Shown: positions 11,020 to 25,200, counted from the first letter of the stretch. The stretch: 64,000 nucleotides of DNA from Eledone cirrhosa (GCA_964016885.1 OZ024745.1:115072001-115136000); one strand, 5' to 3'. Notes: generated by a model from the letters alone, not told the origin. Translations and numbers: made by a program.

Positions 11020-11060
<41 letters not shown>

Positions 11061-11061
<1 letters not shown>

Positions 11062-11101
11062 GTAATAATAATAAATTTGAAGACTGTTATTTTAATAAAT
11101 A
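11061..11101. mobile_element. Ultra-short family A fold-back remnant
   Basis: AGTAATAATAATAAATTTGAAGAC (tail, as at 39421) fused to TGTTATTTTAATAAATA (arm end), between (TA)n runs. Confidence 0.6.
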
Positions 11102-11182
11102 TATATATATATATACATATACACATACATATATATACATATATATATGTATATACATATCATCATCATCATCATCATTTTA

Positions 11183-11484
11183 CATGGCTTAGTGTTGTTT
11201 CCTTGAGCAAGACTCTTTATTTCACATTGCTCCAGTCTACTCAGCTGTAGAAATGAGATGATAGGAGTGGGGTCCCTATCATTCCACTGCAAAGTGGTCA
11301 TGGAGGTGCCACGGCAAAAAAAAAAGCACCCAGCACTCAGTGTAAATGAGGTTGGTGTAGAAATCAAGCCAGAATCAGTTCCTGTATGAGCAAGACAAGG
11401 TCAGCCGACTGGATACTGCCCACAATAGGACAACCCCTCTAACCCATGCTAGCATGGAAGAACGGACATAAAACGGTGATGATG
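11183..11484 (+). mobile_element. SINE family 1 variant with RTE-A-type tail
   Basis: SINE body plus the GAGCAAGACAAGGTCAGCC tail shared with the RTE copy at 3714-3771. Confidence 0.75.
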
Positions 11485-12744
11485 ATATATATATACACAG
11501 ATATATATATGTATATATATATACATATATATATGTATATATATATACATATATATATGTATATATATATACATATATATATGTGTATATATATATACAT
11601 ATATATATATGTATTATATATATATATATATATACACATATATATATGTATATATATATGTATATATATATACATATATATATGTATATATATACATATA
11701 TATGTATATATATATATACCTGGACAAGGTCATGTGTTGTGTCCTTAAGCAAGAGTCTTTATTTTATATTCCTTTTTTCTGCCAGGAGTTGTGATCAGTA
11801 GATAGTGTCAGCAATGGAAAGACTACTGGAAACATTGTTTCCTTGGTCCAATTTGACGAGTTCCAATTCAGTTGGTAAGCTTGTGAGGTCTGGGATCTTG
11901 TCAATCAATTTGATTAACATTCATGAGAATGAGTCCACAGGAGAAAATCTAGGGTAACAAAACTCAAAATTGACCTCAATAAAAAAGAAATTAATATATA
12001 CTTGCATACACACATGCATATGTATATATATAATTTATATGTGTGTGCATGCATGTGCATTTAGGTAAGATCAGTCTTAAGTGGCTTTAGGAGTTTTAAG
12101 TCTTAGTTACAAAGTAAAATAGATTTTATCAAGGATTATTACTTGTTGAGGATTATCTACTGATGTTCTAATCAAATACATTTATACATGTAATAATCAT
12201 CATCATCGTTATCATTGTCAATGGTGGTGACATCATCATCATTATCTTCATATCCCCTCCATCTACATCACCATCCCCACCATCACCACCACCACCACCA
12301 GCAAAACCAACATCATCATCAACGCCATCATTACCAAAAGTGACTGCTGGCCTTAGATCTGTTTATTAATCAGATCAGTTGAATAGGCATGCTTTTACAT
12401 TGATGATATACATTGCATATCATCAGAACCATCATCTTCATGTCCATTTATCCAAGTTTGAATGGGTTGGACGAATCTTTTCCTGTTGTCATCTGTCATA
12501 TCTTAAATGAAGTTTAGATTCTTGCAAATAATATTTCACCCCTTTCCTTGTGTATTCTTTGATATTCTTTCCCATAGGTTCCTTCCAATTGGATCTCTTG
12601 GCATTTCTTTACTCAAATATCATCCGCCATATGCATCACATATTCATACTAACACAGTCTTCTCTCTTGTCACCATCATCATCATCCTTTGACCTGATTG
12701 GAACACTCTCAACCATTCCTCTCCATAACATATGATTCAGCATT

Positions 12745-13560
12745 GCTTTACCCAGTTCTCCATGGTGGATACCTTAAACTCACGAAGTAGACTCTGGATA
12801 AGTCATTTTTCAACAATGGACATTTCCAGAGGAGAAGTGATGAAATTACTTCCCTATTTGTCCTAAAACAATGGATTGTGAACTGGAGCCTTTCCTGTTT
12901 AAGTCTGAGTGATATTGGACACAGACTTCCATATATTATTTGTCTAATTGGATGTGACCACCAACTCAGAATCTTCACTCTTCTAAGTAAGTTGGTGTAT
13001 GTACCATCTAAGTGTTTTTCTAAGTGAGTGGTGAATGTCCAGGATTCTGAGCCATATAAGAGAATTGGTTCGATTAATGTCTGAAAGGTTTTAATTTTTA
13101 AAGAGGATGTGGGATTTAATTTCCAGATTTTATCAAGTTGGCTACATGCTTTTTGTGTCAAAGCTTTCCAAATATTAAAGTCTTTTTGAGTCCAGGATAT
13201 GGGATCCAAGATATTTAAAGCCATTGACTTATTTGATTAAGGAAGCATTGAAAGATTTCAGTTCATTTGGTTGACGTCCTGTACTTAGAAATTCTGTTTT
13301 GTTATCATTACAGTGCAATCCGATGAAATTCATGACAATTTCCAAAGATTGAAGAAGAGTTTCAGTATCTTTAATGGTTTGAGAAACGAGTACAAGTTGT
13401 CTGTAAAATCCAAGCCTGTAAGATATTGAGCTGGATATCAGCTGCTCTGTTGAGTTTCAATCATTACTCCTTTCGCTTCATGTTATCAAAAGAAAGGAAC
13501 AACACATAGGCTAATACAATGATGAGCATGTAGGACATCTGCATTTATGTTTCACCATCT
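12745..13560 (-). mobile_element. RTE-clade LINE family C, decayed RT C-terminus
   Basis: ORF 12748-13224: LIEPILLYGSESWT...LDGTYTNLLRRV...ERLQF. Confidence 0.8.
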
Positions 13561-13970
13561 AATTTCCTTTAATCTGCTTAATACCAACCTGCCCAACACC
13601 ACCTCTGGTTCTATGAGACAAAACCACATATTTTAAAGGATTTTAATTTAGATTAAAACCTTTCCAACATAATTCTACCTTTGTTAAGTTATAATCACCA
13701 TCTTAATAATGAAATAATAAATAATTTTATTAAATCTTTCCAAGTTATTCAATGTCTAATTTAAATACAATCTTCATAAGGGCAAGAAATATGGTAATGG
13801 CAGGATTAAACCAAGTGTTTTTCTCTTAGCTCATTTGTACACTATCATTACCTTCACATACACCTTCACATACCTCCTTTATTCAATATCCATATTTCAG
13901 TATTACACTTGCACACCCACCATCAAACAGATCAACACATGAATACATACATATATATTTATGTGTATTT

Positions 13971-14008
<38 letters not shown>

Positions 14009-16508
14009 GTTCAAGAATAGACAAGTCAAACACACAGACACACCAGACACACACACAAAAAAATGACCAGACATTTGTGTTGACAGCAATGACATTTGTT
14101 TATGTCCCACATAAACAATATGTCCTGCAGCTTAGCAGTTTGACAAAGATCAGTGGAAATGCCATATTTAAAAATACAGTATGGATTGTCTGGTTGAAGA
14201 TTACTGCCTTAAAACATTTGTCCAATCCAAGCTAGCTTGGACATGTAGATGCATCAAAAGAATATGATGATGATAATGAAGATATAATTATAAACTTTAT
14301 TTTTCAACACAATTTACCATTAAACCAATCAGAACCAGTCAAATACATTTTGGCTATTTTCATTTCAAGAAATGAATTCTGAGGCAACTGCAATAAGAAT
14401 TGTATTTTGTCTATCTGTTCTTTGTGATATGAAAGTATAGCAAAAGAATTTAATTTAATCTCTTCTGAGTTTATTCTTCACCAAAGACATGTCTTTAATC
14501 ATTTAACTAGATTGAATGTTCATTCAGCCATAGCAGATGTAGAAACTACCAATAAATGTTGTTATATCCTACAAATATCTGCTATTAGGTGTTTGCTGTC
14601 TGCTGTTTTTTTTCATTTGGATAGTCTATAATGTCAACGAAACAACTAACAGAAGTCCTTCTTAGATAAATTTCAAACCCAGGCTCCACTGCCCGCAATG
14701 CAGATTTCCTCTGGTCTCCTTGGTGATTTCCTCCATAAAAATCAGAAAGACAGCAGCTCACTTGAGGAAGGAGCCCAGTGAGGTGGGGTGGCTGTTGCAG
14801 TGGGTGTCTTTGGCTATTCTCTGCGGTAATGCCTTTGTCATTTTGTGTGTGGGGCGCAGCTGAAACACCGCACAGACTGCAGTGTATTGTCTGTCCCTCC
14901 CCCACACCCATTCTTTTCCTTCTTTTCCTTTCCTTATTTTGTTCCCTTTAATAGTGTGTTTTGTTTTTGTATAAACAGCTTTGTAAAATAAAAAAATAAA
15001 AAAGTCAACATCAGAGGTATAAAACATATAATGAGGCGTTTCTGTAGTTGATCCCCCTTAGAAGTAATATTTCCAGCCTTGAGTATATCTTGTAATTCAC
15101 TTGATCAATGTGCTTGTCTATAGCAACAAAATAACATATTTCTAATGTTCTTGAGCTGTCAATGAAAATATACTTTCTCTAATTGTCATTTAAATGTTTT
15201 TAGGGATCTTTCACTTTTGTACAGTGGTTAGTGTTAGGAATGGCATCTAGCCATAGAAAGCTTGCAAAACAAAGCATTGAGAGAAGCCTTCAGTTTGTGG
15301 CAAAAGACATGACAACTTCTCTGCATTCAATAGAATGTATGACCATACATATGCAGGATGAAGACACCATCGCCTGGCTAGGAACTCAATTGCCCCGCTT
15401 CCATACTGACTTGGTATATGTAGACATGTCCAACCCATGCTAGCAGGGAAAGCGGACATTAAATGAGGAGGATGATGATGATGATGATATGTATGTGTGT
15501 GCATGTATATATATATATATATATATTCATTATTATCATTTAACATCTATTTTCCACGCTTGCATGCGTGAGGTGGGTTGTCACATTATGAGACAAATCA
15601 GGTCAGATGATCATGTCTTGTACATGCAGATCCGTATTTTGGCTTGATTTCCACAGCCGAATGCCAACAGTTTTACAGTATAGACTGGGTGCTTTTTATC
15701 ATGACATCAAAATGACCATCTAACATTTGCATGTACTCTTGGGACTCAAATAATCATCCACCACCACTTATTAATTTTTCATATTTTTCCAACCCTTCTG
15801 CTCTTGTATCAAATTTTGCTAATCTATCCCCATCAACATTTTATTTTAAGTGGTAGCATTCTTGTGACATTAATTTTCTTTAGACATTAAAAATCATTAT
15901 ACGTAACAAAAAAAACATTACTAGAAATATCATATAAACTAAAGAAATAATTCTGGTTTTTAAAAATAATCAAGATAGACAATCTAGAAAAATCACCGAT
16001 TCCACCCCACTCCTGCTTATTCCCCCTCTATTATTTGAACCTGAGAGTGTGTATTTGTGTAGGTGTGTGCATGTGTGTGCTTGTGTGTGCTTGTGTATGT
16101 ATGTATGTATGTGTGCGTGTGTGTGTATAAATATGTGTATGAATGTAGATGGAATATGATATAGTTCAATGGATGTAGGAGATACAACTGTACTGGTAAT
16201 AAACATGTGTGCAGTTGACTGGCCAATGTGTGCAGAATACAAGTACCATGCATTAACAATTAAAGATACAATGATGTAGACCAGTTCTTCTTTTGGGGCA
16301 TTCGATGTTCAGAGAGTGGGATTGGCCCCGTGCAAAGCTTTTCCTGGCCATAGGCAAGTACCTAGCAAGAGTAAAAAGCCACATCCCTGATGTTCATGCT
16401 TAAGTATCAAGCGATGGCATTACTTGAAATTGAGTTGCAGCCATCATACATGTATGTATGTATATATGTATGTATATATGTATATATGTATGTATATATG
16501 TATGTATG

Positions 16509-17115
16509 TCAGGTCACCAGTTGGTGCTACTGGTAACATGTATCCCAGTACAACCTGTCTCATGGTCAGGTCGCTGGCGACTAAACTGGCAACCCCACCA
16601 AGGTTTCTTGGTGAGGAGGGTGACTTTGGACATCCTGCAGGACTAAAAACAAAACCTGTGAAAGGGCAAAGGAGCTCTTAAGAGTCAATGGACATACAAA
16701 ATCACCAGGAGAGATGACCCCTTAGCCTTTGTCAAGGCAGAATTCTAGGAGAAGGAAAACTCTGATATAACACCTGCAACCCTGATGGTATCCAATGATG
16801 TTGACTTGTTCTTCTTTTTGGTAAATATCATCTTGGTTAAGAGAGTGGGACTGGCTTTGTGCAGTGCCTTTGCTCACTATAAAAGCTTCACGGCACAGGC
16901 ATTGCTTTATATATGGAGATCTCTCTGCACTTGTCGTCACATGGTACCATGGGCCCAGCACTATGTGTCAATAATTGTCACAAGTGTAGTGTTTGTAACA
17001 GACTTTTCAAGTCGCTGGCTGGACTAAAAAGTCACACTCGTTCAGCGCTTCGGTAGGGGTTCTCCTACATGGATATAAAGTAGTGGCCGTACTCGAAAAC
17101 GAGTTGGCAGCCACC
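16509..17115 (+). mobile_element. Non-autonomous retroelement of about 600 bp with RTE-like 5' UTR and (ATGT)n tail
   Basis: 5' part homologous to 23020-23232 and 41560-41830 (minus); 3' part highly similar to 23861-24195. Confidence 0.65.
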
Positions 17116-17674
17116 ATGTATGCATGTATGTATGTATGTATGTATGTATGTACGTATGAGGGAATATACTTTTTGTAAAACTTTCCTGGCACATCTGTAT
17201 ATATGCAAATATGAATGTGTTTGTTTTATATTTTGCTGATGCATGCTGGTGCAAGTATCTGCAACGATCAATGTTATTATTAGTAGCATCAGTGAAAATG
17301 TCACCATGTTTACGAGGAATAGACCAAATTTCCTTCCAAAATTTCATCTTAATGAGAATCAATAACAACTCAATAAATTAGTCATTAGATTTCAGTTTCT
17401 ATGGAAACGTGTCATTTACCCTTACTAAACACACACACTCCTATCGTCCTTGCTCCCCCGCCCCCACTAAAATGAAACAAAATATACTTGACAATGATTT
17501 TTTTAATATATCTTCTCTCTCTGTCTCTGTCTTGTACTTTCATTCACTTTCTCTCACATGTGCTTTTACTAACCCCCACCCCGTCTCTCTTCTCTCTCTC
17601 TTTGTCCCTCTCTGATATAATATGTATATATATATATTTTTTTTTATGTGTGTCTGTGTATGTATATGTGTGTG

Positions 17675-17776
<102 letters not shown>

Positions 17777-17824
17777 TATATATATATATATATTTATGTG
17801 TGTCTGTGTATGTATATGTGTGTG

Positions 17825-17919
<95 letters not shown>

Positions 17920-18194
17920 GTGTGTGTGTGTATGTATAGTATATGGGCATGGAACTGATTTTGGCTTGTTTTCTACAGCTGGATGCCTTTCCTAACTCTA
18001 ACCACATTTATAGTGTGTGCTGGGGGCTTATTGTTGTGACCCCTTTACGACCACTTTACATTTTTATATAAATGACTTGTTTCATTCATATGAAATCAAC
18101 AGATACCTATATGCTACCAATGTATTGAGTACCATTTTTAACTGTGGTCATTTCCTGATCCCCATTTGGATTCTACTCTTAATTATATATATGT

Positions 18195-18225
<31 letters not shown>

Positions 18226-18621
18226 TATATATATATGTATGTATGTAAAAGGTAAACAGAAATAACAACACAATCGGTACAGTATATGGAAGGGATATAT
18301 TAGGGTAACGCTTGATGTAGCAGAAAGAGGGTCTAGTGTGTGTGTGTGTGTGTGTAGTTCAAGAATAACAAGACAAACACAGATACGCACTAACACAGAG
18401 TCTTATTAATGCTTGTTGAGAAAGGAAAATAGATGTTTCAACATGTTGGATATTACTCCTTCGTCAAGAAGGAAGAAAGTTCAGAGTTAAAGTAGGTTGG
18501 AAGGTTGGAAAGAAATATCTTTCAGATGGGCAGGCAATATAAATGATGTTTACTTACATCGTAGAAGTTCCATAGTCAATGTAATGTAACAGGCAATGAG
18601 GGTTGACCATACCCTAGATAT

Positions 18622-18815
18622 AAATAATTGTTTCTACTTTTGGCACAAGGCCAGCAATTATCCCAGTGTATTACTGGTACTTTATTTTATCGACCCCGTA
18701 AGGATAAAGTCAAAGTTAACCTCGGCGGGATTTGAACTCAGACCATAAAGGGATGTAACTCTTTGTTGCAAAGCATGGCGTCCGACCGTCTACCGATACT
18801 GCCAATCCACCACCT
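18622..18815 (-). mobile_element. tRNA-derived SINE family 2
   Basis: B box GTTCAAATCC and core CCTTACGGGGTCGATAAAATAAAGTACCAG; further copies near 21650, 29065, 37850, 38450, 38635, 42800, 43280, 43995, 49550, 50235-50540, 50925-51500 and 55745. Confidence 0.8.
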
Positions 18816-19139
18816 TGGATATAAATAATAGAATATTGCTGGCAATATTCTCATTTTAGATAGAGAGCTGTACATGCACTCTTTAGCAGTGTGAAATGAA
18901 ATCAAATTTTTAAAGAGAAATATGTATGAAATGTTTAAGTATCAATGAAATATGTATCAGAATTGGTTTATTTTAGGATGTATCAGCATTAGGAAAATTT
19001 CACACAATCAATAACATACCAAGGAAAACAGAGATGAAATATGCAGATCAAATTGTCTATTAATGAAGCTACGTAAAAATTCATTGTTACTTAATCCAAA
19101 AGTCCATGTTTATATCATGTGTGTGTGAATGTGTGTGTA

Positions 19140-19175
<36 letters not shown>

Positions 19176-19639
19176 CATGTGAGCGAAGCAAAGAAGAATT
19201 GAGTTTGGTTATTCTCTGTGGCTTGGTTAAAATAAAGTAAAAGATAAATGGTAAAAATAGTAAGTGTAAAAGAGATGTCTCAGTCAGTCATCAATGGCAA
19301 CATGTTCAGGTTCCTCTAGCAAAAAGTTTGGTGAATTATATGTGAGATGCGTTGAATCGTTCAAGCTCTGCAATCTGTCTTCACTTCTCATGGAAAGCAT
19401 ATCTTATATAAGACTTCATATTAACAAGATCCTCTCCCCCCAGAAACAAGACATAACTCCTCAGTAGCTGTTCACATTATCATTATATCTCATTCTAACA
19501 GTGATCACCCCTCCTCTCCCTTGCACCACATTGTCAAATCCCACCACACCTATCATACACCTATGACATTATACTTGTCATTCCCCCCACATGTTGCCCT
19601 ATACCTATGGCATACTTTATATACCCTCCATATAGGGTA

Positions 19640-20005
19640 GGGTAGGGAAGCCTCTTCAGTCAAGTCAATGACTGGCAAACTCCCTAGTACTTGTACCATG
19701 GTAAAATACACCCAGTACACTCTGTAAAGTGGTTGCTGTTAAGAAAGGCTACAGAAATCATGCCAAAAATAAGGGTCAAGAAGACTTTCCAGTTTAGTCA
19801 AGGACATGACAACCTCCCCAGTGTTGGTGATTCACATGATAAATGCATTCAATACACACTGTAAAATGGTTGGTGATAGGAATGGTATATATCCATAGAA
19901 ACCCTGTCAAACAAAGGGTGGGAGGGCTCTTCAGTTGTGTCAAAGACATGACAATTCTTTAGTGCTGGTACCATGATAAAATGTACTTGACGCACTCTGT
20001 AGAGT
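19640..20005 (+). repeat. Old repeat built of diverged tandem subunits related to the RTE/SINE 3' tail
   Basis: Recurring CTGTAAA(G/A)TGGTTGG..AGGAA motif; similar arrays at 31190-31580, 34130-34420 and 57830-58060. Confidence 0.6.
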
Positions 20006-20253
20006 ACAGGAATATATGTAAGCAATCAGCAGGCCTCTTGCCCATCTGAGATGTACGTAACTCCGATTAAGTACTAACTTTGTTTGTGATGAATTGCCCA
20101 ATGCTTGCTAAAAGAGAAATCAGAGATTAAATGATGATGATGATGGCGATGATGATGATGATAATGATGATGATGATGCTGATGATGATATATATATATC
20201 ATCATCATCACCTTTTAACGTCCATTTTTCCACACTAGCATATGTTATATATA

Positions 20254-20871
20254 TCATCATCATCATCATCATTTTACATCCGCTTTTCCCTGCTTGCAAG
20301 GGTTGGACGGGTCCTATTCAGCACAGCATCTCTCCACTTGTCACGGTCCTTCGTCATCTCCTCGGTGAGTTTCAGCAATCTGAGGTCTGCTCTCACCACC
20401 TCCGCTCATGTTTTACGTGGTCTACCTCTATTGCTCTATTGCGTCTACCTTCTACTGGGATTTCTTGGCACTTCTTTACCCAGTAGTCATCCTCCATGCG
20501 CATCACATGTCCATACCATCTCAGCCTTATCTCCTGCACACCACAACTTATCCCTCTTATACCCTGTTTCTCTCTCAACTCGTCTATGCTTGGTCGTTCA
20601 CGCACATTGACATTGCACATCCAGTGGAGCATACTTGCTTCATTTCTCTCCAGCCATTGCATATCCTCTGCAGTTGCTGCCCATGTCTCACTACCATGCA
20701 GCATCGCACATCTCACACAGGCATCATATAACCATCCTTTCGTACTCAGGGAGAAACCCTTCTTTGTCAACAAAGGAAGCAGCTCCCTAAACTTCTTCCA
20801 ACCCGTCCTTATTCTAGATACTATGGCTTCAGAACACCCACCTCCCATGCTAATCTGATCACCTAGGTACT

Positions 20872-20873
<2 letters not shown>
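20254..20873 (-). mobile_element. RTE family A, 5'-truncated 3' fragment
   Basis: ORF 20393-20848 [26 protein letters not shown]...RLRWYGHVMR; (CAT)n tail; (TA)n at the 5' junction. Confidence 0.9.
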
Positions 20874-20919
<46 letters not shown>

Positions 20920-20949
20920 ATAATATTAAATTTGTGGTTTACTGAGATG

Positions 20950-21243
20950 GTTGTGAGTTAAATTCTCAGACTGGGTGATGTGTTGTTTCCTTGAGCAAGA
21001 CACTTTATTTCACATTGCTCCAGTTTACTCAGCTGTAGAAATGAGATGATAGGGACTGAGGTCCATATCATTCCACTGCAAAGTGTTCATGGAGGTGCCA
21101 CGGCAAAAAAGCACCCAGCACTCACTGTAAATGAGGTTGGTGTTAGGAAGGGCATCCAGCTGTAGAAATCAAGCCAGAATCAGTTCCCGTCCCACCCTTG
21201 CAAGCAGGGAAAAGCGGACGTAAAATGAAATGAAGATGATGAA
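20950..21243 (+). mobile_element. SINE family 1
   Basis: High identity to the copy at 47058-47400. Confidence 0.85.
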
Positions 21244-21991
21244 TGATGGTACCAAAATCAGCACTCTATGCTAGGGTAGAGTGTATATATTGAAAACAAA
21301 GCGAGGTTTCACATTAAGGTCTTTATTGATTATAAATAGCTATGACTGTTTATGCGTTGTAGGTGGGGGTGGATGGTGGCTGGAGTTCCGTTGCAACAAT
21401 AATTTTCAAGGCCAGACTCAAAGAAACTGCCAGCCTTCCAACGACAATGAGGGCAAATTGTTCTGTGCTGTGACTTAGGTTATTTTTTGGTGTTCTCTTA
21501 GATCAACACACAGACACACATACACCCGTACACATGGACACACATACACACACCCACTCACACACACATAAACAGATAAACAGCAACAACACCTGAATAA
21601 TATCAAATATGGGAGTATGCGAGGTAGTGGCGTCATTCCTCGGTTGGATAATAATCCTTTCTACTTTAGGCAAAAGGCCTTCAATTTTGGTGCAGGGGAA
21701 AGTTGATTAAATTGACCCCAGTGCGTTACTAGTACTTTATTTTATTGATCCAGTAAGGATGAAAGGTAAAGCTAACCTTGGCAGGATTTGAACTCAGAAC
21801 GTAAAGGGCCGTAACTCTATGCCGTAAAGCATGCTGTTTGACACTCTACCGATGCTGCCATAATAATAATTCTATCTTTGGAAAATTCTAGTTCAAAGTT
21901 TACTCTTGTATTAATCTGGATTCTTCTTTTATCTTATTTGAGTTTAAAATTGGGGTTGAGTTAAATACATTGAATAGAAATCTTTGTTTAA

Positions 21992-22152
21992 CCCTTGAGG
22001 TATCAAACCGTCTGAAACTGGCCCTCGTTCTATGGTGCAAAACTATTTGTTTTAAAGTATCTATATCATAACTTACTTATATTACTAAATCTCTTCAAAA
22101 GGATTTGAAATCATAGGCAATGTCTTTCATTAGAAACATGGTAATGAAAAGG
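21992..22152. mobile_element. TTAA-flanked piggyBac-type MITE (old)
   Basis: TTAA-CCCTT...AAGG-TTAA; related to 30333-30587. Confidence 0.5.
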
Positions 22153-22399
22153 TTAAAGTGTTTATGTTTATTTAAAATCCTTCCATCATAAGGACCTTTG
22201 TTAAGATATGCTCCAAACACCAGCTTAATAAAAAGACAATAAGATGCTATGTGAGGGATATTTGACTGCTATTTATATCAGTTTGGGTGGCTGCATAAAA
22301 GCAATTTCATTGGCTTGTTGCTAACGTAGTGGTTGGTGATGATATTTTGAACTTCATATAGAGTTGTTAGAAACTGTATACTATATATTGATTAGTGTG

Positions 22400-23232
22400 C
22401 ACCAGGAATGGCAAGCAAATGTTCTTGATAGTGCTGGAGATTTCCTGCATCTATTTCAATAATGTAAGAATAGTGATGACTGCATAGCTTTTGAACCTAC
22501 TGATTTCCTGTGACTTTGTTGATGAAGCTATTAGGATGCTAATAGTTGACTCGCAGAAAGAATCTGGCTGCTCACCAGTTTGATGACTGAACAGGCCTTG
22601 TTTAGGTCACCTTTCCTAGATCCTTCCCATGTGGTATGGGTGAGCATTATACTTCCAAAAGGACTGCTCAAACGCTCAAGACTCCATCGGAGCATATTGC
22701 TGTTCAGGTTAACAATGCAGCGATCTTAGGATGAGACTTAAGCTACCCACATGTAGATTTGTGACTACTGGTCAAGTCTGCACACGTTGCCACTCCTCTA
22801 CAGTTGTGGGACTTGTAAAGAAATATCTGCACATAAAAATGGCAATGCTATGTGCTATGTGCTACACACATAGCACCCATTCCATCTCTGCAGCTATGTG
22901 TCCAGTGACAAGCCAAGGCAAGATAACAGGATAGTTACGAGGATTGCAAGTGTTATTGTCATGGGGTTTAACCTTTCCAGGGGGTGTAGCCATACTTACC
23001 TCACTTGGCCAATCGTAGGCTGGTGAGGCTAATTAACCTCCAGTTGGGGTGGATGGCCATTGACTCTGTGGAGTTCATCCGCCCTTTGACAGCTCTTGTT
23101 TTTGTGCTGCTGGGTTTCCACATACTCTGGTCACCAGACCACCAGGGTTTGGTGGGGGAGCTGGTTTAGTCACTGACCACTCTATCTTGAAGCAGGTTGT
23201 ACTGGGCTTCATGATAACAGTAGCAAGCAGAG
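22400..23232 (-). mobile_element. 5' portion of an RTE-like LINE (5' UTR plus decayed APE start)
   Basis: UTR homologous to 16520-16700 and 41560-41830; VAT(WN)VQT-like remnant near 22775-22792. Confidence 0.5.
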
Positions 23233-23860
23233 ACTTGCACACACACACACACACACATACATACATACATAATACATACATTCTTGCATATACACACAGA
23301 TACATACATCCAGACACATTTACATACATGCACACAGACACATACACACACAGACACACACAGACAAGCATATATGACTCAATTGATACCGTGTTTATGA
23401 AATTAACACTTTCTAATTCAGTTCATATATACATGCATACACCTCCAAACACCTACACACATAGACACCCCACCCCTCACACAAGCATTACTCGCTTTAT
23501 GGAATTATAACTCTCTAATTCAGTACATATATACATGTACACACTTACACATATACGCACATAGACGCACACAACTTCCCCCTTCCCTAACACACACAGA
23601 TAAGCATATAATATGACTCAGTTGAAAGATTGGTTAGTGTGTATTGGAATTGTCAATCTTAATTTTGTACAGACACTCATTTGATTCATCTTTGCCGCAG
23701 TCCAGTAAAGTAAGCATTGGTATAAATCTAGAGGAATGATGCCTGCTAGACTGGAGATATGTGATTCATAGATTTAATGCTTCACTACCTGAGAAAAGTT
23801 AGTCAGCATAGCTTATGTGTGTGTATGTATGTATGTATGTCTGTCTGTATGTATGTATGT

Positions 23861-24195
23861 ATGGTATCCAATGATGTTGACTTGTTCTTCTTTTTGGTAA
23901 ATATCATCTTGGTTAAGAGAGTGGGACTGGCTTTGTGCAGTGCCTTTGCTCACTATAAAAGCTTCACGGCACAGGAATTGCTTTATATTTGGAGATCTCT
24001 CTGCACTTGTCATCACATGGTTCCATGGGCCCAGCACTATGTGCCAATAATTGTCACAGGTGTAGTATTTGTACCAGAGTTTTCAAGTCGTTGGCTGGAC
24101 TAAAATGTCACACTCATTCAGCGCATCGGTAGGGGTTCTCCTATATGGATATAAAGTAGTGGCTGTACTTGAAAACGAGTTGGCAGCCACCACCA
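23861..24195 (+). mobile_element. 5'-truncated copy of the (ATGT)n-tailed element
   Basis: Aligns by eye with 16785-17115; (ATGT)n on both sides. Confidence 0.8.
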
Positions 24196-24480
24196 TGTAT
24201 GTATGTATGTGAAGTTGGATGCATGCGTGCGTGTCTGTCTGTATGTATGTATGTATGTGTGGTTGGATGTATGCATGTACGTACGTACGTATGTATGTAT
24301 GTATGTATGTATGTATGTTTGTTTGTCACATTTTCTTAATTATTGCAGCAATCATTTATCCTCTGAAACTTAGGAACTTTTACAGATTTTGAAGGTTTCA
24401 GATATTGTGGTCCTTCTTTTCCAAGAATGGCAGTTCAGTCATACTTTGGTCCAGGAGTGTTGCTATATATCCTATATTTC

Positions 24481-24885
24481 AATAATAATGATTTCTACTT
24501 TTGGCACAAGGCCAGCAATTACCCAGTGCATTAGTGGTACTTTATTTTATCGACCCCGTAAGGATGAAAGGCAAAGTTAACCTCGGCAATAATAATTGTT
24601 TCTACTTTTGGCACAAGGCCAGCAATTATCCCAGTGTATTACTGGTACTTTATTTTATTGACCCCGTAAGGATGAAAGGCAAAGTTAACCTCGGCAATAA
24701 TAATTGTTTCTACTTTTGGCACAAGGCCAGCAATTATCCCAGTGTATTACTGGTACTTTATTTTATTGACCCTGTAAGGTTGAAAGGCAAAGCTAACCTA
24801 ATGGGATTTGAACTCAGAATGTAAGGGGCTATAACTATATGCCACAAAGCGTGTTGTTCAATGTTCTGCCAATACTGTCAATTGT
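24481..24885 (-). mobile_element. SINE family 2 with its 3' segment (about 108 bp) triplicated in tandem
   Basis: AATAATTGTTTCTACTTTTGGCACAAGG...GTTAACCTCGGC repeated three times. Confidence 0.85.
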
Positions 24886-24919
24886 AGTTTCAATAATAAT
24901 AGGCATAAAACTCAACATG

Positions 24920-25200
24920 TATTTTTGGTACTGGATCTACAAACTCTTCATCAGTGTCCATAGATATCCCCTTACTCTTGTAATTTACTTCATTAACACT
25001 GATTGGGCAGCTGACTTCTTATTACGAAGTTGGTGGATGGTCTGCCAGAACACTTTATTTGCTGATCTGAAGTCAGATTCTAGCTTAACCCCAAAGTCCT
25101 CCCATGTCTTAACTTTGGACACCTTTACTGTCTCTGCTGCGATTCTTTGTGCCTCCGTGTACTGCAAGTGCAATAAGGAGGACTTATTTTCAAGCCAAGC
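24920..25200 (-). mobile_element. RTE family B fragment
   Basis: KTWEDFGVKLESDFRSANKVFWQTIHQLR, typical of the Expander/Rex3 EN-RT linker. Confidence 0.7.

Noticed and set aside
16509-16592. HDV-like ribozyme
   Set aside because: P2, P3 and P1.1 order could not be satisfied, and the TCC loop is not conserved in the homologous copy.
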